In this document: positions 61,430-64,000 of the stretch, piece by piece
How the letters are laid out: each line of letters starts with the position of its first letter
Position numbering within the stretch: the stretch's first letter is position 1
From: a virus
Reading direction: 5' to 3' (one strand)
Virus record (IMG/VR): IMGVR_UViG_3300032893_000031
Location: 8,552-72,551 of that record
Length of the DNA: 64,000 nucleotides
Translations under genes and position numbers: made by a program
The notes under the pieces: model-generated
Databases searched by the model: none
Told to the model about the DNA's origin: nothing
Seen by the model: the letters and a program-made list of their open reading frames with translations, nothing else

Positions 61430-61440
61430 AAGGCAACCTT

Positions 61441-62298
61441 GTGAATGGCTACGCCAAAGTATTTGCATCCCTTTTCGACGGCTCACTCCGGGGCCAGTCC
61501 GATGAAATCCTAGTTTTCGTTTACCTGCTCTGCAACGCCACGGCCACCGGCGCCTCGGAGGTCCATCGGGATAAGATTTCAGACGACACCGGCCTTAGCC
61601 GCGCCCGGGTGAACCGCGCCATATCCGCCCTGGAGGCAGCGGACCCGGAATCCAGAACCCCCGACGAAGAAGGCCGAAGGATCGTGCCTCTGGATGGCCG
61701 CGGATGGGGTTGGAGGATAGTTAACCATAAGAAATACAGGGAGTTATGCGGGGATGGTAGGTATGCGGCGCTGGCTGCTAAAAGAATGCAAAAACTCAGG
61801 GAGAAGCAGTCCGTTACGCAACGTTACGCAACAGACGTAACGGTTGCGCAACAACATGCTTCTGCCTCTGCTTCTGCATCTGTAACGGAAGGGGGAGTGG
61901 GGGAAACCCGTTGGGCGGAAATACCAGACTGGTTGACGTTCTGGGAATATTGCCGCCAGATTGGCCTTGGCGCCGAATGGTGGGCCAAGGACAAGTTCCT
62001 TGCAGCCTGCCAAGGGAATTGGGAGAAGCAAAGGAACTGGAAGGCGTATGTCACCAGGATAAAGGTCTGGTGGGAGGAGGCTGGCAGGCCATTTAATCCT
62101 CCGAAGCCCAAAGGGTTCGAGCGCCAAGAGCCGTCACCCAAACCCGTCAACCGCGAGGTCTTTGAGTGCGCGGGCTATAAGTGGGACAGGAACGGTCCAG
62201 GCCCGCAAGCCTCAGACTTCCCGCGCTCGCGCTCGCCCCAAGCCGATGCGGATTGCTTCCGAGCCGAATGGGACAAATGGCTAAAGGCCACAGCATAA
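61441..62298 (+). CDS. replication organiser / replication-initiation-like protein (N-terminal winged helix)
   Basis: 285 aa from GTG 61441. FASLFDGSLRG..ILVFVYLLCNA..ISDDTGLSRARVNRAISALEAAD resembles phage replisome-organiser N-termini. Located next to the DnaB-type helicase. Confidence 0.5.
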   Translation: MNGYAKVFASLFDGSLRGQSDEILVFVYLLCNATATGASEVHRDKISDDTGLSRARVNRAISALEAADPESRTPDEEGRRIVPLDGRGWGWRIVNHKKYRELCGDGRYAALAAKRMQKLREKQSVTQRYATDVTVAQQHASASASASVTEGGVGETRWAEIPDWLTFWEYCRQIGLGAEWWAKDKFLAACQGNWEKQRNWKAYVTRIKVWWEEAGRPFNPPKPKGFERQEPSPKPVNREVFECAGYKWDRNGPGPQASDFPRSRSPQADADCFRAEWDKWLKATA

Positions 62299-62310
62299 GA
62301 AAAGGAGACG

Positions 62311-63186
62311 ATGCGTGAGCTACACCTATTTGCAGGAGCAGGGGGAGGAATCCTCGGCGGAATGCTTCTCGGACATACCTGCGTTTGTGCTGTCGAGATC
62401 GAGCCTTATCGCAGACAAGTCCTCCTGCAACGGCAACGAGACGGCATTATGCCAAGGTTCCCAATCTGGGATGACGTGCGAACATTCGACGGAAAGCCGT
62501 GGCGAGGACTCGTTGACGTTGTGTGTGGCGGGTTCCCTTGTCAGGACATCAGCCAAAGCGGAAGTAGAACCGGAATTAACGGACCCAAAAGTGGACTTTG
62601 GAAACAAATGGCACGAGTCATTTGCGAAGTTAGACCCGCAATCGTGTTCGTGGAAAATTCGGCAGCTCTTTCTGTTCGAGGGCTTGGAACAGTCCTTGGA
62701 GATTTGGCCCAAATGGGGTTTGATGCAAAGTGGGGAGTGTTGGGAGCTTCCGATGCCATCTGGCTTGAGGGAATACCGGCTTACGATCATGAGCGTCTTA
62801 GAATCTTCATCAAGGCCACCCACCCCACTCGTTTCCGGGAATTACAACAGGAAGGGCGCATCAAAGACAAGCGGGGACGGACTAGCAACGGCTTTGAGGA
62901 AGTTGGGGCGCCTTCCAACCCCAACAGCCAGCGACAACAAAGTAATGAAAGCACCCGAGAAGTTCAAGCGAACGAAAACGGGAATGCTTCGCCATTTGAA
63001 TCCGCACGGAGAAGAATCACAATGCCGCCTGCAACAAGTGATAACAGTGACGGATGGTGGTCCAATGAACCCGGAGTGGGTAGAATGGTTAATGGGATGG
63101 CCAATCGGAATGACCGCATTGCAGCCATTGGAGACGGACAAGTTCCAGCAGTGGTTAAGCTCGCATGGGAAACATTGAGCCGATGA
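62311..63186 (+). CDS. DNA (cytosine-5)-methyltransferase
   Basis: 291 aa. Motif I LFAGAGGG, motif IV GGFPCQDIS, motif VI FVENS, motif VIII-like HERLRIFI, motif X-like AIGDGQVPAV. Confidence 0.8.
   Translation: MRELHLFAGAGGGILGGMLLGHTCVCAVEIEPYRRQVLLQRQRDGIMPRFPIWDDVRTFDGKPWRGLVDVVCGGFPCQDISQSGSRTGINGPKSGLWKQMARVICEVRPAIVFVENSAALSVRGLGTVLGDLAQMGFDAKWGVLGASDAIWLEGIPAYDHERLRIFIKATHPTRFRELQQEGRIKDKRGRTSNGFEEVGAPSNPNSQRQQSNESTREVQANENGNASPFESARRRITMPPATSDNSDGWWSNEPGVGRMVNGMANRNDRIAAIGDGQVPAVVKLAWETLSR
62315..63178 (+). CDS. full-length alternative-frame ORF overlapping the methyltransferase gene (possible overprinted gene)
   Basis: 287 codons without a stop in the +1 frame. Contains PPTPLVSG, LPTPTASDNK and NPEWVEWLMGWPIGMTALQPLETDKFQQWL. 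Its third-position GC is higher than in the MTase frame by hand count. GTG 62315 lies 7 nt from AAGGAG. Confidence 0.35.
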   Translation: MSYTYLQEQGEESSAECFSDIPAFVLSRSSLIADKSSCNGNETALCQGSQSGMTCEHSTESRGEDSLTLCVAGSLVRTSAKAEVEPELTDPKVDFGNKWHESFAKLDPQSCSWKIRQLFLFEGLEQSLEIWPKWGLMQSGECWELPMPSGLREYRLTIMSVLESSSRPPTPLVSGNYNRKGASKTSGDGLATALRKLGRLPTPTASDNKVMKAPEKFKRTKTGMLRHLNPHGEESQCRLQQVITVTDGGPMNPEWVEWLMGWPIGMTALQPLETDKFQQWLSSHGKH

Positions 63187-64000
63187 GCGACCGCCTTCCC
63201 CCGCACTCCGAGGCTGACGAAAACGCCGTCATGGCTGCCATCCTGCTTGATTACAAAGTCGCGCTCCCAATGGTCCGGGCGGAACTACCACAAGGCCAGG
63301 ACAGCTTCTACGTGGTCCAGAACCAGAACCTTTACCGATTCGTGATGGAGATGGACGCCGCGGGCAAAGCCATAGACCCGGCAACCGTGGCTGGCTGGCT
63401 CAAGCCCGAGCAAATGGAGTCGGTTGGGGGGATCGCCCGACTTGCCGGCCTGCCCGACCATATCGGCAGCATCCTGAACCTTCAGACCCACTTGGAAGCC
63501 GTTCGGGCCAAGCATCGGCTGCGCTCGATGATTCGGGTGTGCTTGGATGCCACGGCCAAGGCATACGAGGCCAACGGCGCCGGGGATGACGTGCTGGCTG
63601 AATTTGAGGCCGACGTGATGGCGATCCGCAATTCCACCGAGGGCGCGGGCGGATTCTCCGACGTGTGCGAGATTGCGCGTGCGCTCGTGGACGACTACCA
63701 AGCGGCGTGCGACGGCGATCTTCCGATGGGGGTTGAAACCGGCTTCATTGATCTTGACCGCACCGAGGGCGGGATGTTCCCCCAGGAAATGATTGTGCTG
63801 GCGGGGTTACGGAGCAGCGGCAAAACCTCGCTCGCCTTCAACATCGCCGTGAACTGCGTCCGGCGCGGGGATAAGGCGGGGATAATCTCCCTCGAAACCT
63901 CAGCCAAGAAAGCCGTTCACCGGATGCTTTCCTCCATCGGCCAATACGACGGGAGTGAGCTGCTTCGCGGGCGAGTGATGCAAGGCACCGAAGAAAAATG
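63183..64000 (+). CDS. dnaB: replicative DNA helicase, DnaB family (3' truncated by the window edge)
   Basis: Hand translation from ATG 63183 (ATGA overlap with the MTase stop). LPPHSEADENAVMAAILLD is the DnaB N-terminal motif. VETGFIDLD..MIVLAGLRSSGKTSLAFNIA is the Walker A region. The frame is open to the end of the window. Confidence 0.8.
   Translation, partial: MSDRLPPHSEADENAVMAAILLDYKVALPMVRAELPQGQDSFYVVQNQNLYRFVMEMDAAGKAIDPATVAGWLKPEQMESVGGIARLAGLPDHIGSILNLQTHLEAVRAKHRLRSMIRVCLDATAKAYEANGAGDDVLAEFEADVMAIRNSTEGAGGFSDVCEIARALVDDYQAACDGDLPMGVETGFIDLDRTEGGMFPQEMIVLAGLRSSGKTSLAFNIAVNCVRRGDKAGIISLETSAKKAVHRMLSSIGQYDGSELLRGRVMQGTEEK

Noticed and set aside
1-64000. Prophage boundaries (att sites, tyrosine or large serine integrase, flanking host genes)
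   Set aside because: Nothing of the kind was seen. Every recognisable gene is phage-like, so I cannot say whether this is a free phage genome or an integrated one.

Overview
High-GC (about 60% by eye) tailed-phage or prophage DNA, apparently most of one genome. Genes are packed, and most are translationally coupled by 1-4 nt overlaps (ATGA, GTGA, TAATG). Layout: (1) 1-6653, plus strand: about 19 small early-type genes (HExxH peptidase-like, GNAT-like, XRE HTH, nuclease-like, ASCH-like, several Zn-ribbon proteins). (2) 6601-45207, minus strand: a 38-kb late block. It holds a 904-aa tail protein, a tail-collar fibre, internal or ejection-type proteins including a 2209-aa giant, portal, ATP-grasp protein and an HNH-AP2 homing endonuclease. 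It also holds an 8-gene methyltransferase plus glycosyltransferase island (18216-24709), scaffold, major capsid, an SGNH-like fibre, and an envelope or lysis-like cassette (beta-barrel OMP, lipobox protein, amidase-like protein). (3) 45283-49916, plus strand: repeat-containing fibre, LamG protein, large terminase. (4) 49973-55090: accessory island with a PAPS-reductase-family protein, small serine recombinase, Lar-like protein, NUMOD3 protein and a roughly 1-kb ORF-poor structured stretch. (5) 55382-64000, plus strand: small early genes, HNH protein, replication organiser, C5 DNA methyltransferase, and a DnaB-type helicase truncated by the window edge. No rRNA, tRNA or CRISPR array was recognised. 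The observations I rate highest are four. First, the C5-methyltransferase locus is open in two frames over its whole length, with family-like motifs in both. Second, a soluble glycosylation island sits inside the head-assembly block. Third, GC-hairpin plus U-tract elements recur directly in front of first-in-operon start codons, including two promoter-to-terminator mini-units. Fourth, the ORF-poor kilobase at 53540-54529. All functional calls rest on motif recognition by eye and memory of protein families; no database search was run.
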